DNA of 64,000 nt. Source: Patellaria atrata CBS 101060. Taxonomy: Eukaryota. The position numbers were made by a program, and so were the translations under genes. The DNA lies in NCBI GenBank assembly GCA_010093705.1, contig MU006089.1, forward strand, positions 1,785,561 to 1,849,560. Direction: 5' to 3'. Shown here one piece after another: positions 38,401 through 51,405 of this stretch. Positions within the stretch are counted from its first letter, which is position 1; each line of letters starts with the position of its first letter. The notes beneath the pieces are model-generated. The model was not told the origin of the DNA. It searched no databases and was given only the letters and a program-made list of their open reading frames with translations.

Positions 38401-38819
38401 CGTGGGATTATCAAAATAAGAGAGAAAGTACATCGTGAGATCTCACAAGGGTCAATGGCCGTGCCAGTGTCGAAAGGTAGAGGTAGGGGCTGAAAGGAAT
38501 AAACAGAAATCAATACAAGATTTAACAGGTTTCAGGACCAGCCTCGCACGAAAGAAAATGTCAACTTTGTGTGTAGTGAAAGAGTTTTCAACAGCTCCTA
38601 TCCAGCGTGTCGTCTCCACATCACCCGTAGTAACTTAGTATACATGTCTCCGAAGTTGCTGAGCGTCAAATTCATGAAGACCGTCAATATGAATCATGAT
38701 TCGGCTTGGTGTGGATAGGTGGATGAAATTTCGTGACGGGATACTCTGAATCACCCGTCAGTAAAAAGACTTTCCGGAAGATGTAGAATAGAAACTTACG
38801 CTCAACAATAAGTCATTCT

Positions 38820-39329
38820 CTATGTGACTATTGCAATCTTGCAACGCTCGCAGGGCGGCTTATGGCAAGTTAAACACGCTGGAGTTGTTGCAAGTAATGC
38901 TCCAGCTGAGTCCATACCCCCACAGCAGCAATACCAGATATAATTCACTTCCCCTTCTATTGGAGTTGGGGCTACGGGTGAGCCGTAGGGGGGAGTAATG
39001 GCGGGTGCAGCATAAACCAGTATCTTTGCTGTTTGTAGAGTGTAATCCTCGTGCGATTGACGAAGAAACATAGTGTCGGCAAGTCCAACTTCATTTTGAA
39101 ATTTACACCCCTGACAAGCTATGTGATTATGGCAATAAGAACATGCTTTGTGTAACTCATAGCTCTGCGGACCACCATTGCACTGGCAACAATACCACTT
39201 AACGGGACCCTGTTGTTGTTCGATACCGTCCAATTTATAGTCGGAAGGAGCTATGTGCTTAGTCGAGCCGTTGGATGTTGTCACAGCCGACGTATGCTGT
39301 ACAATTGAGCGATCGTTGGAGAAGCACAT
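38820..39329 (-). CDS. Small Cys-rich protein with two WYCC...CxxCxHxxCxxC zinc-ribbon-like modules
   Basis: WYCCQC...CSYCHNHIACQGC and WYCCCG...CLTCHKPPCERC; TATATAAA about 240 nt upstream on the minus strand. Confidence 0.65.
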   Translation of the reverse strand: MCFSNDRSIVQHTSAVTTSNGSTKHIAPSDYKLDGIEQQQGPVKWYCCQCNGGPQSYELHKACSYCHNHIACQGCKFQNEVGLADTMFLRQSHEDYTLQTAKILVYAAPAITPPYGSPVAPTPIEGEVNYIWYCCCGGMDSAGALLATTPACLTCHKPPCERCKIAIVT

Positions 39330-42300
39330 AATTGCTTTGGAACGACTTGTTGAATTTTTTCTGGGAAAGGTTGAAGAGTATGACTATCAACACGTGAGGT
39401 AGTTATATCTAGCGACTTAGAGCGAAAGAGGTTCGGGTGGTGAGGAAGGAGCTTCGGACGCGAGGAGCGAATTTTCAACAATCGTGAACAATTGATATAT
39501 CACGAGAAGATAGATAACAGTATCTAGACAAAGAAAAGTTGCGGGAGACAATCAGTATGGTTGAGGAAGGTTTATATATGTGAAGGATAGTAATCTGAGG
39601 AAAGAATGGGTGGCTAAATGAGACCTAGAATCCGAGTTGGTGGCCCTGATGCCCAAGGAAAGTGATGTATTCCGTAATCAACGAAACTCCCAATGAATTA
39701 CTATAGAGACGGGATTAGACAATGATTCTCAGGCAACTAAGGACTTCAGGGAGGGTTTGCGATCGTATAATGTGTCGAGATCCCTTTCAGAAGAGGAAGG
39801 GTTTGAATCCTTACGGCTTCGACGGTAAGACCATGATAAAGGCGCCTACTAATCCGGAATTCTTTATTGAGCCAGTCTATTCGTTGAAGAAGTGATAGAA
39901 ACCGCCATTAGTTGTACAACTGTGATGAACGGTAAGGTATTTAAGGGGATGGACCACAGGCAGGGTGAGTCCTTTTCGCATGGCCTCAAGGCTGAGCTAT
40001 AAAATAGGTATGACAGGCATGCTCAGTCAAGCGAAAAATCATTACAATGAAAAAGGAGAAATCGTTAATCTAAAGTGCCATGTTCAAAAGATCGGAATCT
40101 ATGAACTTACGGGGTATGGACTCTAGTAATCATTTGGGTGCTGTCAATGAGGAGCACTCGGATAGGCGCGTAAGTAACCCGTGAGTCCAAACCGTAGAAA
40201 GTCGGTTCTCCTTGATTCCTCGGTCTTTACGCGTGTACATCACTTTAGCTATTTCTGATAGTCCAGCCCTACTGTTCCTCCTTCATCACATCGCACTATC
40301 GTCGTGACATCCAAATATGGTGGTGTTCCCGGTTTCAGCAACCATTCTCATGGATCCAAATGCACACTCTTGGTAGTTTTTTAGCGTAATGGTTGGATAC
40401 CAATATGGACTTCATTTGAGCGTAAGATGACGCTCTAAACGGAGGACTGCTTGGCTCTACCATCCTACGTACATCTTGACTAGATATGGAATGTGGTACG
40501 GATGACAGTAGTGGACAGCGGGTGTGCTTGAAGCGGTCAGCTGTACAGCTTTCAAGTTAAGATAATATCCGTATGATCCTACGGGAAATGAAAGTTTGAA
40601 GTCGTCTTTTACATAAAGTGTCTACAAATGACTATGCGATAGGGTTTGAGAATAAGAGATTAAGGACAATCATACTTTTCCTCTCGAGCCTGATTGATTG
40701 CTAGAAAGGTAGAGGTGTCGAAAGCATATTGTCAGTCACCTATGATGCTGAAACGTAAAACATAAAGACCAAACGCGAATTTCTAATGAAGTTACCTGAG
40801 ACCACAAGGCCAAAGGCTACGAAATTCCTTCCCTAAGTCTCCAAGGGCCATATCTACAACATGTTTCTCATGCGAAAAAGGGCACCAGATCCATCATTAC
40901 AATGAGAGAGTCTGGTGAGCCGATTGACCCGACGGGAAACTTGGAGTTCTCCGGGTCTGGGAAGCAGCCAGACGAGAAGTGAGCCTTAGGGGTAACGCGC
41001 AAGGTCCTTCGTCCTGGCCTAGTTGATGCGACTCAAGCAAGCGAACGTCCTGAACATGGCCTTGAAAGTCCCTAAGATATGAAGTACTACAGCCATACGC
41101 CACTCCGATTCTCATTAAGGCTTGGTAATTTGGATATGATTTTCAGCTATTTTACTCACAATAACATTCACTTCAAAGATTGTCAATGAATACCTACAAC
41201 AGGATGCGCTTCGTATCGTCTAACGCTAATAATTTGGTACGAAAGTGAGACATGACACTTTCGCCTTGAATTAGCCTGCTTGCTGTGAGGTACATTGTTG
41301 TTGTCATTTGGTCAATGAGTTATGAATGGAAGAACCAGTTGATATGGACCAAATGCTCATTGAATGTGTAACAAATTGCATCTTCCAAAGAAAATAGCGG
41401 ATGAAACCGAAACGATAGCCACCCTTGTGTCGGTGTGGGAGTTTGAGGGTATCCGCTGGCCATGGAGCGGCCGACGAACATCTTAAAGCTCTTTTATTTT
41501 GTCGACAAAATTCCAAACTGAAAAGGCTGAGCCTTTAGAAACGTGCAGTTACCATCTCTCGTCGGAATGCACACCCTTTTAGAGCGAAGGAGGGCGTGGT
41601 AGGAACAGTTTCTCTCAAGAAAACACAACCAGAAGGACGGAACAAGGGATGGGAATGTCAATTGCCGATGAAGGAAGCCTGTGGGCAACTGGCCGGAAGC
41701 GCAGTAAGGATGCTGCGTCAGACCGGTGAAAGCATCATGGCGCGTATGAATTTGATTGCCTTTTTGCCTTTTTGCCTTCTGCGAGGATAAGTCTATACGG
41801 TCTTATGCGTTGCCAGATGTTCGTCCCTCCCAGGTCATTATTCAGCTGAGGGACACTCCACGTAAGTATCCGGACGAAATATATCTGAGTGAGAATCGAG
41901 CAGGGAACTGCGGTCGGGAGATGCACTATGGAAGGTGGTGAGGCTTGCAGGAATCGAAGTTATCCTTAACTTTGTCTCCACGGTCTGATGTTTGGAGTGA
42001 CGTGATGCGGCTTAAAATTTTATTTTCAGTAATCAGCCTCCGAGCCCGAGCCTGAGCCGATCGCAATCGGCCCGTCTCGGAACCAAATCGTTCCTTCATG
42101 CTTCACCTCACTTTCACGTCTATCATGTTGAAGTCGCGGATAAGCACGTATGAGAACGCATTGTCACTTCATTTAATTTTGCCAACAGGAAAGTTTGAGA
42201 GCCTATTTTCAACGTTAGCGATTGTTCTTTCTGAAAATTATTTCACCGTCTGCAACATGCAGTCTCTACAGTCACCTCAACACTGCAAAACATCTATGGC

Positions 42301-42336
42301 AACTTAACTAGCTTGTGTGGAAAGTTCCAAAAATCT

Positions 42337-44209
42337 ATGATGGCGGATCAGAGTATGCGTCGAAAGATCAACAGGAATACTGCACTAGCTGTGCCGTTGG
42401 TGTTGTTTGGACTCATTGGCTACGTAACTTATGTCGTTGTGGACGGTCTTTGTGGTAGGTGAAAACTCAGCAGAATCAAGAATTTTGGCGTCAAGCAGAC
42501 CTCTAACAGATCATAGTGGACTACCTACTCAAACCAGCCTTAGAACTGGAGCTCACGCGCAGACCACGAACGGCGACCGTAATCCTCGTCTTATACTTCG
42601 TCCTTCTCCTGCTTTGGCTCACACCGTATGTCAGGATTATTCAGGTAATACACTCAAACCCAGGATACATCCCTAAGGCGAAAAGACCGGCGTTTGGGGG
42701 CAACCAGGTTGGCGGGGACGCACAGTCATTTTCGAGGTCTTGCGCTCCTCAGCAGGTTGGAGAAAACCTTCAGGAGGAAACGCGCCCAAATGGTAGTGTT
42801 GGATACGATGGACTGAAGTCACATGAAGACATTGATAGGAATGCAATTCTGAACGGACAGGAAGCTCCTCCGCCGGGATTAGACTATTTCTACACCAAAG
42901 ACGCCTTCGTATGCGACTATAGAGGTTTACCAATATTCTGCACTCAGTGTTGGAATTGGAAGTTTGATCGAACACATCATTGCAGTGAGGTCGGCCGTTG
43001 CGTCAGAAGAATGGATCATTTTTGTCCCTGGTAAGTCTCGATAGAACTCTAATTTCAGTAAGGGAGGAAATTTTACGGCTGCAAAGATGAAGAATTTTCA
43101 TAAAGACGCGTGATAACTAATTAATCTTAACGCAGGGTCGGTGGAATCGTGTCCGAGACAAATATGAAATTCTTCCTCCAACTTCTTTTCTACGGAGCTT
43201 TCCTTAATGCATATATTTTGATAGTCTTTGCGTACTTCCTCAAGGAACGTCAAGACAAGGTATGTTTTCAATCTTGTTTAATTCACTGGATCATTGCCTT
43301 CGCGAATAAAGTTCTTCCTTCGTCTATGGCTATTCTAGCGTCCGGAGAACAATGGCGTAGCATACTTTTCTTGGTCGGATAGCAGTAACACTCGATTTTT
43401 GGACTGCTCAATCCTTTCAATTGGACATTTGAAACTCTTGTCTACAGCGGCTAATTATATCATATACAGACCGATACCGTAGATACACATTGGGCTGTTG
43501 CATGTGGACTGTGAGATTACTCCAACTGAATCGCGTCCTTGGCTAATGCTCTTCCAGTGCCGGCATTTTCTTTTTCTTTGCAAGCGGCATGTTCGGAAGT
43601 ACTATTCAAATGCTTCGGCATAATCTAACCACTGTGGAGAACCTAACAAAATCCTCCAAAATCCACTACGTTGCGGTGTTCTTGCATAACCAGCGCCTGA
43701 CAACCTCTGGTGAGACTCCTCACGTCTTTAATTACCAAACTATCACATATCCTCTTGTCTCGGAAACGACTTCACATTCCAAAGGTCCATCACCTAACCT
43801 TCGCACGTTCGCTATTCTCGAAACCGATCCAGGTGCCAACCTTTGGGACTTAGGACCAACCGCAAACCTCCAGAGTATATTCGGTTACACGATCTGGGAT
43901 TGGCTTCTTCCGTATAGATACAGCCCTTGCTGTAGCCACGATCCCGCCCGCAGCGAGTTCCAGTTCGGTCCGAAGTTTGAGGAATTGAAGAAAGCGTATG
44001 GGATTCTGCCGCCAGGCAAGAACCGCTGCAGGCACTCACGTAATAGGTCCACCCAGGTTGAACATTCAAACACCTCGAATAACAAAACAACAGACTCCTA
44101 TGAAATGGGTGTTCTGGCCGACGAAATGAGGAGAAAATCCACTGATGATAGGACCAAGAAGAAGGAACGCAGGGATCTCAGGCGTCGTAGTTACAGTGAT
44201 CAGGTATAA
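42337..44209 (+). CDS. PFA5: DHHC-family palmitoyltransferase, Pfa5-like (exons 42337-42454, 42517-43030, 43136-43259, 43470-43510, 43558-44209)
   Basis: [37 protein letters not shown] (DHFC variant), TTVE motif, NLWDLG; all four introns are phase-consistent. Confidence 0.88.
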
Positions 44210-44687
44210 TCTCTTGGATACATTGTGATGTAGGTCTGGTTGTACGAGTCAGCCAAAGATATGTTGTTGGCATCTCTCATGATGTTTGACATGATCCGGT
44301 CCACAGTCTATCCCCTCCCCCTCTTAGGCATTCCGAGGATACTGTTCGCTTTGACGATCTACTCGAGATATAACACCATATTAAGTTAATATATACTTCA
44401 AATCATGTAGAATAAGAATCTACTTATGGATCTTACAAATTATCTCTAAGTACCGTTAAATGCAACTCTATCACGCCTGTAATTCATATTATAATCTTTA
44501 TAAGATGCTTACGACCCTAGTCACGATTCTGGCTTCGGAAGTTTCATCCCATTCAGTCAAACCCCGTCTTAGAACATAAGAACTTGGAATTCCGGTTGAA
44601 TTGAATCCAATCCAGGAGCTAACAAACACCTCAGGTATCTAACTTCACAGCCATACTCTTCTCCCAACCTCTGAGATATAACACACG

Positions 44688-46416
44688 TTACAACACATAT
44701 CTAAACGTAACTGCCCTATCTCCCTTCTCACTCAACTCTTCTGGCGTATACCCGTTGTGCATCCCTTCCGCCATCTGTCTTTCCCTGTTCTGATTGATGC
44801 GCGTATAGTTAAGTATCAAGGTCGCCGCCGCGATCAAGCCAGCAACGATGAAACCGATTTCCAGCGCATGGCCGAGAATATACCTCGGCGAGTCTTCCGC
44901 GCGGTAGAAATTAGAAGCCATAGCTACAATGAAAAGAATGATTAGCACAAGTGCGTAAAGTTTGTATGACAGTGAACTCACCACCAGCCAGATTTCCCAC
45001 GCTGATCTGGATCGCCATGCCAACGGCTCTCTTGGAGCTTCCGGCCAGGTTATTGCTCAACCACGTGATATTACCCGGAAAGGCGGGATAGATGCCCAAG
45101 ACGGCTATGAAGACGCCCGCGTACACGACGCCCGGAGTGCCGGTTGAGATGCACATGATGAAGCCGACGAGCTGGACGCAGAGGAATCCCACGATGAAGG
45201 GCGAGCGCTTGCCCTTCCTGTCGCTCCAGAACGCCGTTGCGATGGCCAGGATGGCGGCTGAGATGTAGATCGGCACGGTGAGTAACTGCGCCGTCGAAGA
45301 CGTGTACCCTAGGCCCCGGATGATGGTGGGGAGGAAGAGTGCGATGCCGTATAAGGGACACACGATACCCCAGTAGACCCAGATATTGACCCAAATCTGC
45401 CAATCGAGAAACGCATCTCTGACAAACTTCCACCTGAACTCGTCCGTCTGGGCCGTGGGCGCAACACCGTCCGCTCCCGCCACCTGTCCCTGATACTTCA
45501 GGCGATAAACCACGAAGGCTCTCTCGAACGGGGACAGAAAGGTCGCGGTCTCCGGGAAGTCGAAGAGGATCCAGTAGGCGATTACAGCGATGAGGACGGT
45601 GAGGAGGCCCTCGAGGATGAAGATCCAGCGCCAGCCTTCGTATCCGCCGACGCCGTCCATGTGCGCGATTCCGAAGGCGAGAAGGCCGGAGAAGGCCCCC
45701 GCGACGGAGGCGGCAGAGAAGAAGAGGGCTTGTCGCCATTGGCCTTCTTGCCGGCAATACCACATCGTAATGTAATATGCGACTCCGGGGAAGAGACCAG
45801 CCTCTATGAGTAAAATGAGCGTTTATGTTGGGTGGAAAAAGAAAAAAAGGGGGAACTGCGGGAATAGAGAAAGCTAACCAGTGACACCTAAGAATAACCG
45901 CGCGATCAACAATCCCTTAAAATCCTGCACGATTCCCATGAGCGTCATGACGATTCCCCACGCCACCATGATACTGGGCAGCCAGATACTCGGTCGCAGC
46001 CTCTTCAGCAGCAGATTAGACGGCACCTCGAACGCGGAGTAGGTGAAGAAGAACACCGTGAGCGTCCAGTTGTACTGCGGGCCCGTCATGTTAAGATCCT
46101 CGGCTAGCCCCTCGATCTTCGCGTTGCCGATGTTTCCACGGTCGAGGAAGGAGAGGAGGTAGAGGAGTGCGAGCATGGGGATAAGCCGGAGGTCCATTTT
46201 TCGCAGGATTGCTTTCTCGTCCATGTGTGCGAAGGTATCGCGGGTTGTGCTGGGGTGCGTGGCGAAGGCGCGGATGGTGGTTATCATCTCCGCGCGTGTG
46301 GTACCGTGAGGGAAGTTGTGCTCGGGGAGCGTGGGAGCGGGGGTTCCTTTGGTGTTCTCATGATGGGAGTGGGTGGGGGATGAAGAAGGGGAGGGCTTCT
46401 CGATAGGCTCGTCCAT
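44688..46416 (-). CDS. MFS transporter, allantoate permease (Dal5/Tna1) family (exons 46416-45879, 45803-44982, 44923-44688)
   Basis: RKMDLRLIP, FLDRGNIGNAK, EVPSNLLLKR, EAGLFPG, GWRWIFILEG, WLSNN...KRA, C-terminal GDRAVTFRYVL. Confidence 0.93.
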
Positions 46417-46424
46417 GGTGGATA

Positions 46425-46532
46425 GTTCTCCGAGATGTTCTCCGAGATGTTCTCCGAGATGTTCTCCGAGATGTTCTCCGAGATGTTCTCCGAGATGTTC
46501 TCCGAGATGTTCTCCGAGATGTTCTCCGAGAT
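46425..46532. repeat. Perfect 12-bp tandem repeat (GTTCTCCGAGAT)x9
   Basis: Nine contiguous identical units, no spacers. Confidence 0.97.
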
Positions 46533-47623
46533 TGTCTCCTTGCTCTTTTGGTTACACTGTACCGTACGTATTGTACTTCACAAGATACTCCGAGTTCTGG
46601 GTAGAACAATATGTCTTCCCGATCACAACCTTTATACAGCACAGCTACCGTGACTTGAGAGTCCAGACTCCAGAAAATCCTCAGACGCCGAGCCCGTTCT
46701 CTACCGTAGTTCTATCCCAACAACAGCTTATTACCGAAATCTCTCTCGACAGGTGTCAGATCCTCGCCTGCTCACCGCGGAGTACAATTACAAATAGGGT
46801 AAGAATAGTAGAAGAACAAGGACGGAAACTCAAGCTTTAGAACTACAGTACAAAGTCACAAAAGTATATACAATCTCTCAAAAAACGGCTCACTCCAGAC
46901 CCTTTATCCCTCCCTCTCCCCATCTCCCCTCATCCCCAGCCGTGCGTCAAGCCAAGCTTTCGCCATCCTAGGCGCTCGTAGGTGGCTTCTCCAAACCATG
47001 TGGGGGCACACAACCACAAACCCCACGTGCAACAGCTGTAACTGGTTGCGTTTTGAACCGAAGGCAAACCGCAGAACGTAACTGGCAGCTCCTGAACTTC
47101 GGTCCGTTGAGGTGGGGATAAGCTCATGCACAAGCTTCGCGTGCGAGGTCCGGGAACGGCAGATATAAGAGAGATGCGGCAGATCTTAGCGGGACTGGGA
47201 TGATGTTCCTCGGCTCTGGGAATGTGGGTGGTTGACCTATCGGTGGAGAGGGGGGGTGGGATTTTACAGAACAAGTCATGGTATTAAGGTATTGTGGGGA
47301 GGCTTTTAGGTTGTGGGTCTCTCCTAAGCTCCTCCCTTTGATACGACTACTGAGCGATGAACACTCTGAAAATCAAAGTATAATTAGCTCGTTCACGTGT
47401 GTACGCATTACCCCTTCACATAAAGGTGAGATACCTATATAATTGGGTCCATCGCGGACGTATTCGGTGAGGATTTGATGCTGTAAATTGTGATTCTCCT
47501 TTAGATCCCGATACATCCAGGTATAGCGCATATATACCAACAATCACCACTGTGTAAATGCTCCAAAACTGACGTCGATCCAAGAACGCCATATAAACAA
47601 ACCTTGGGGTATAATGCTCCACA

Positions 47624-49893
47624 TTACCGCCCAATACCTATTTCGTATCCAAGAAGAACCTCAGTAGATGAACCTTCCCACCCTCTATTTCCCGCTGTGG
47701 ATATCATAAAGGTACAAGTTGAATCTATATACAATTGCGAAATGACACCCGTACGATGACCGGGGACAATCAAAAACGGGACGGTGGAATGCCTTGTGTT
47801 TTCCTCTTCTTTGAGATCGTAGAGCCGTAAAATATCGTACGAAGCACTGTCATATTTTCAGTAAACGGGTTGGGTATTTGTGATGCGGCTGTACTCACCA
47901 TACGAGATGTTTGCCATTCGGCATGGCTCTAACTGCGCTCACAGGACCACTGACTGCTGGAAACTTGAACGTCCGTCGAGGTTCGCGTAGTCCTTTATGG
48001 AGACTGTACTCATCAACAGTGCCATTACGGCGTCCAGCAAATATAGAATTCCCATCAGGAGACCAACACGCGTTCATGCACCAAGGTGGTGTTGCGCGTC
48101 CCGGGACAATGCGTGCAATCGGATTCTGCTGTCTCCTATCCCATATTCTAAGCGTCCCATCTATAGACGCATCTAAGAATGTATTTTCCGAGGATTGCGG
48201 CGTGCTGGGTGATTCTTCGTCGATTTGATCTTCGGTCGCGTCAGGGAGCTCCTCAGATTTGGGGATATCATCCGCAATGGTGTCTTGACTGATAGTATCA
48301 GTGCTGTTAGTTGTAACCGTGTCTTGAATGGAAGTTATTTGCGTTTCAGGAGCTTCCGAGGTAATAGTTTTAGGTGGTTGTACTGGTCCACCCGTACTAG
48401 TCATATCGATATCTCCATCGGGATCTTCTTCCTGCTGTTGAAGCCCACTTGCAATAGCTCTAGTAAACTCGTCATCTTCGTCATCTTCATTTCCGAACGA
48501 AACTGCTGGTGCTCCTCCCCCATTATCGTCATCGTCACCGAATAGAGAACCCAAATCATCTGGGGAACCGGTGGGATATTCAGCATTGATCCCGTTTGGC
48601 AATTGGGAATTCTCGCCACCGGAATCTCCTGTAAGTGTTTCGCTTTGAGGCACAGTTCCATTTGGTAAGACGCCATTGGTCAAAGGTTTAGAGACATTGT
48701 TCGAAGAGAACGTGGTGCTCGTGGAAACTACGGTTTGAGTATCCCTTGGTACTAGAACTGAGGAAAATGGTCGAGGCTCAATAGCTGAAATTTGACTACC
48801 ACTACCCTCAAAGCTTCGCTTCACTTGACCTGTGTTCAAGTCCCAATCATGAATGGCTTTATCCCAGCTACCTGACAAGACGGATCGCTCATCCGGTGCC
48901 AGACAAAGGACTGATACAGCCGAAGTATGTTTTCGAAGGCAGGTTATTCGTCTTCCTTCATCATGTCTAACGGACTGTAGATTGATTCCACCAGATTCAA
49001 GACCGGAAAGCAACCATAAACCTTGACACTGCGTAGCCAACGAATAGACGGGAGAAAGTGTCGGGGCGTCCAGAACCAAACGTCGATTCGTCACCACGTC
49101 TGCGAATCGTTATGCACTGGTCATGGGAAGGATCTAATAGTCATGATATAACATACCTTGTGCATCTTCATTTTCCCAGTAGCTAAGTAGCACACCGGCT
49201 TTTGTAACACTATCAACGAAAGGATGTCTTTGAGCAACAGTCAAAGGGAGCTTTCCGTTTGCCGTATCAATCCAATTGAATTTCCTAATATAGCCATCAG
49301 AGCCACCGCTAAATACCCATCTCATATCGGGAGTCGCGGTGACTGCGTTAATAGACGTACTGTGGGGTGCAGCGATGGTTGGGACAATGTCATAAACCAG
49401 CGCTGTAAGGGCTTCGGGACGAACACTCGGCCTGAATGGCAGGACAATATTTGCATTCGAGGACCGGGGTCTTGGGGAAGGGGATGTCAGAAGAAGTCGA
49501 GGGTTCGCGCCAGTATCATCGCCGTTCGTTAAGGTACCGTTGGATAATCTAGGGGTGTGTATGGAAGTGTTTCGAGCTGTAAGGATTTGGGCTAAGTCTC
49601 CATCTTGCTGTTCATCCCCTTCTTCGTCCTCGTCGTTTTCCCCCTCTTCCTCGTCATTGTCCCCTTCAGGATCACCGTCCTCATCCCCGTCCCCATCTTC
49701 ATCTTGATCTGCGTCGCCGTCTGCATCGCCATATCCGTCACCATCGTCCGCATCATCCATAGTTTCGTCAATATCATTATCTGAGCTGTTGTCCGGGGAA
49801 GCTATGCAAGGTTAGTAGGCGTCGCATAGGTTGAGGGGGGAAAAGGAATGGGAACGAACCACCGCCATTATCATCGTCGTCGTCAAAGCTCAT
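47624..49893 (-). CDS. SPT8: SAGA complex WD40 subunit Spt8 (exons 49893-49860, 49801-49157, 49099-47899, 47846-47624)
   Basis: Acidic N-terminus, YDIVPTIAAPHSTSINA, GKLPLTVAQRHPFVDSV, LLSYWEN, PPWCMNACWS, PFLIVPGH, C-terminal GNRGWEGSSTEVLLGYEI. Confidence 0.93.
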
Positions 49894-51405
49894 CTTGGAC
49901 CATTATCTAGAACTAGAGACTTCTTTTCCTCCCAAGCACAAGCGCTGTTAGAAACGATTCCGCCTCCGCGGGCAAGGGTCATTCACAAGGTCGCCAAGAA
50001 TAGCTAAATTCTAACATCCGGCGTTCTGCCGTGAATTCTAAAGACGACCTCCCGTCTGGTCACTTTGCACATTTGTACTGTACTGTACACTACAACAACT
50101 ATAGCACGTATGTGCGGCCTGACCTGAGTTCAAAAATGTTCTTTGTAATACATCAAGTGAGTTTCACTGGGTAATTTCAACTGGGAGGACCCTTCCAACA
50201 AAAATTATTTGCTTACCCAGTTGATGGTTTGCTTGACCTTATGCTAGCTGCTCCTAAGAATCCCATTAGCAAGCATTCATGATGAGAGCAAACAGTTGAT
50301 AAGAGCATGTTCAATATTAGGGCGTGGGCGTAGGTTATGAGCATGCATTAGAACTTTCTCCTCTACGGCTAGATAATAGAAGTAGGAGGTTTTGAGGGCA
50401 GAAAGTACAGATAACTTTTATCCTCTTGGTACCTTCTTCAATCAGAAGTACGGCAAAAGCTGCATGTACAGGCTGAGTAGGTATTTCTTTATAATCAATT
50501 TGCTAGCTTATGGTCATGTCAAAGTTTTGCGGTACCGGTCACCTGTCACAGCGTATGAGGTGTCTGCTTTTCCATATTCCGCTTTCGCACCCCTTAAGCT
50601 GGGATAGGATCTTGGGCCTCTCTATACTGAGGTAGCTTGTTTTTGTCCGTTTGTCCGTTTGTCTGTCGCTCAACCTTTCATCACGTAAATAATTCTCATC
50701 ACGGAGACGCCTAGGTGAGCATCGTTGAACAGCCGTTGGGTGCAATATCAACCTTTGTTACCAAAAGTCCAGAGCTTTCTTTATCATCCCTATTCCTAAG
50801 TAAAGTTGATAGTATAGGTAAGGTATTTTGCTTGTCCTGGCGGCTGCAGGGTTGTAGTTTCCGGATTGGGTGTTAACCAAAAAGGAAAGTACGGCGGTTT
50901 CTACCTTAAATCACGGCCTCCACTGGATGTCCACCCTAAAAACAACCATTCTATAACTATTAATATCAACATCTCACTTACGCGAATTCCTTACCCTAAA
51001 TATCCATACTGTGCCCAGCGGACTCGACTATATCGTTTCTAGCATTAGGTCCCTCGAGTTAAGTGAAGGCTGCTGGTGTCTGTTTCCATGTGACTTCGCT
51101 GCTTCACTTAACGAGTCTTCATTCACTGGCTCAGGCCGCGTTTGAAGGTAAGCAGAAAGTGCCAAAAGGTGCATCGCCTGGCTTGTTTACTCTCAAGCAG
51201 AGTTTTGTTTCCATCACCTTCTCTCCACCAACACACTCAAATCTCTTCCAAGAAAGCAACATTGCGTTAAAGCCCCACAACCGGTATGTCGTATTTCAGC
51301 ACCTTCATTGGTAGAGCTCTGGCCGTTTCTTCGCGTGCTAGTTGTTATGCTCGTAGGAAGAAATGCGCTGATATTTTAGACATAGTTGGTAATTACCGCG
51401 TAACG

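Noticed and set aside
39500..42300. Possible transposon or RIP relic in the long intergenic stretch
   Set aside because: No transposase or reverse-transcriptase remnants, terminal repeats or strong AT/TpA enrichment visible by eye.
46358..46840. ORFs with SRRT, CSPR or MFSE repeats, and a possible CRISPR-like array
   Set aside because: They are translations of the 12-bp tandem repeat; there are no spacers and no cas genes, and the DNA is eukaryotic.
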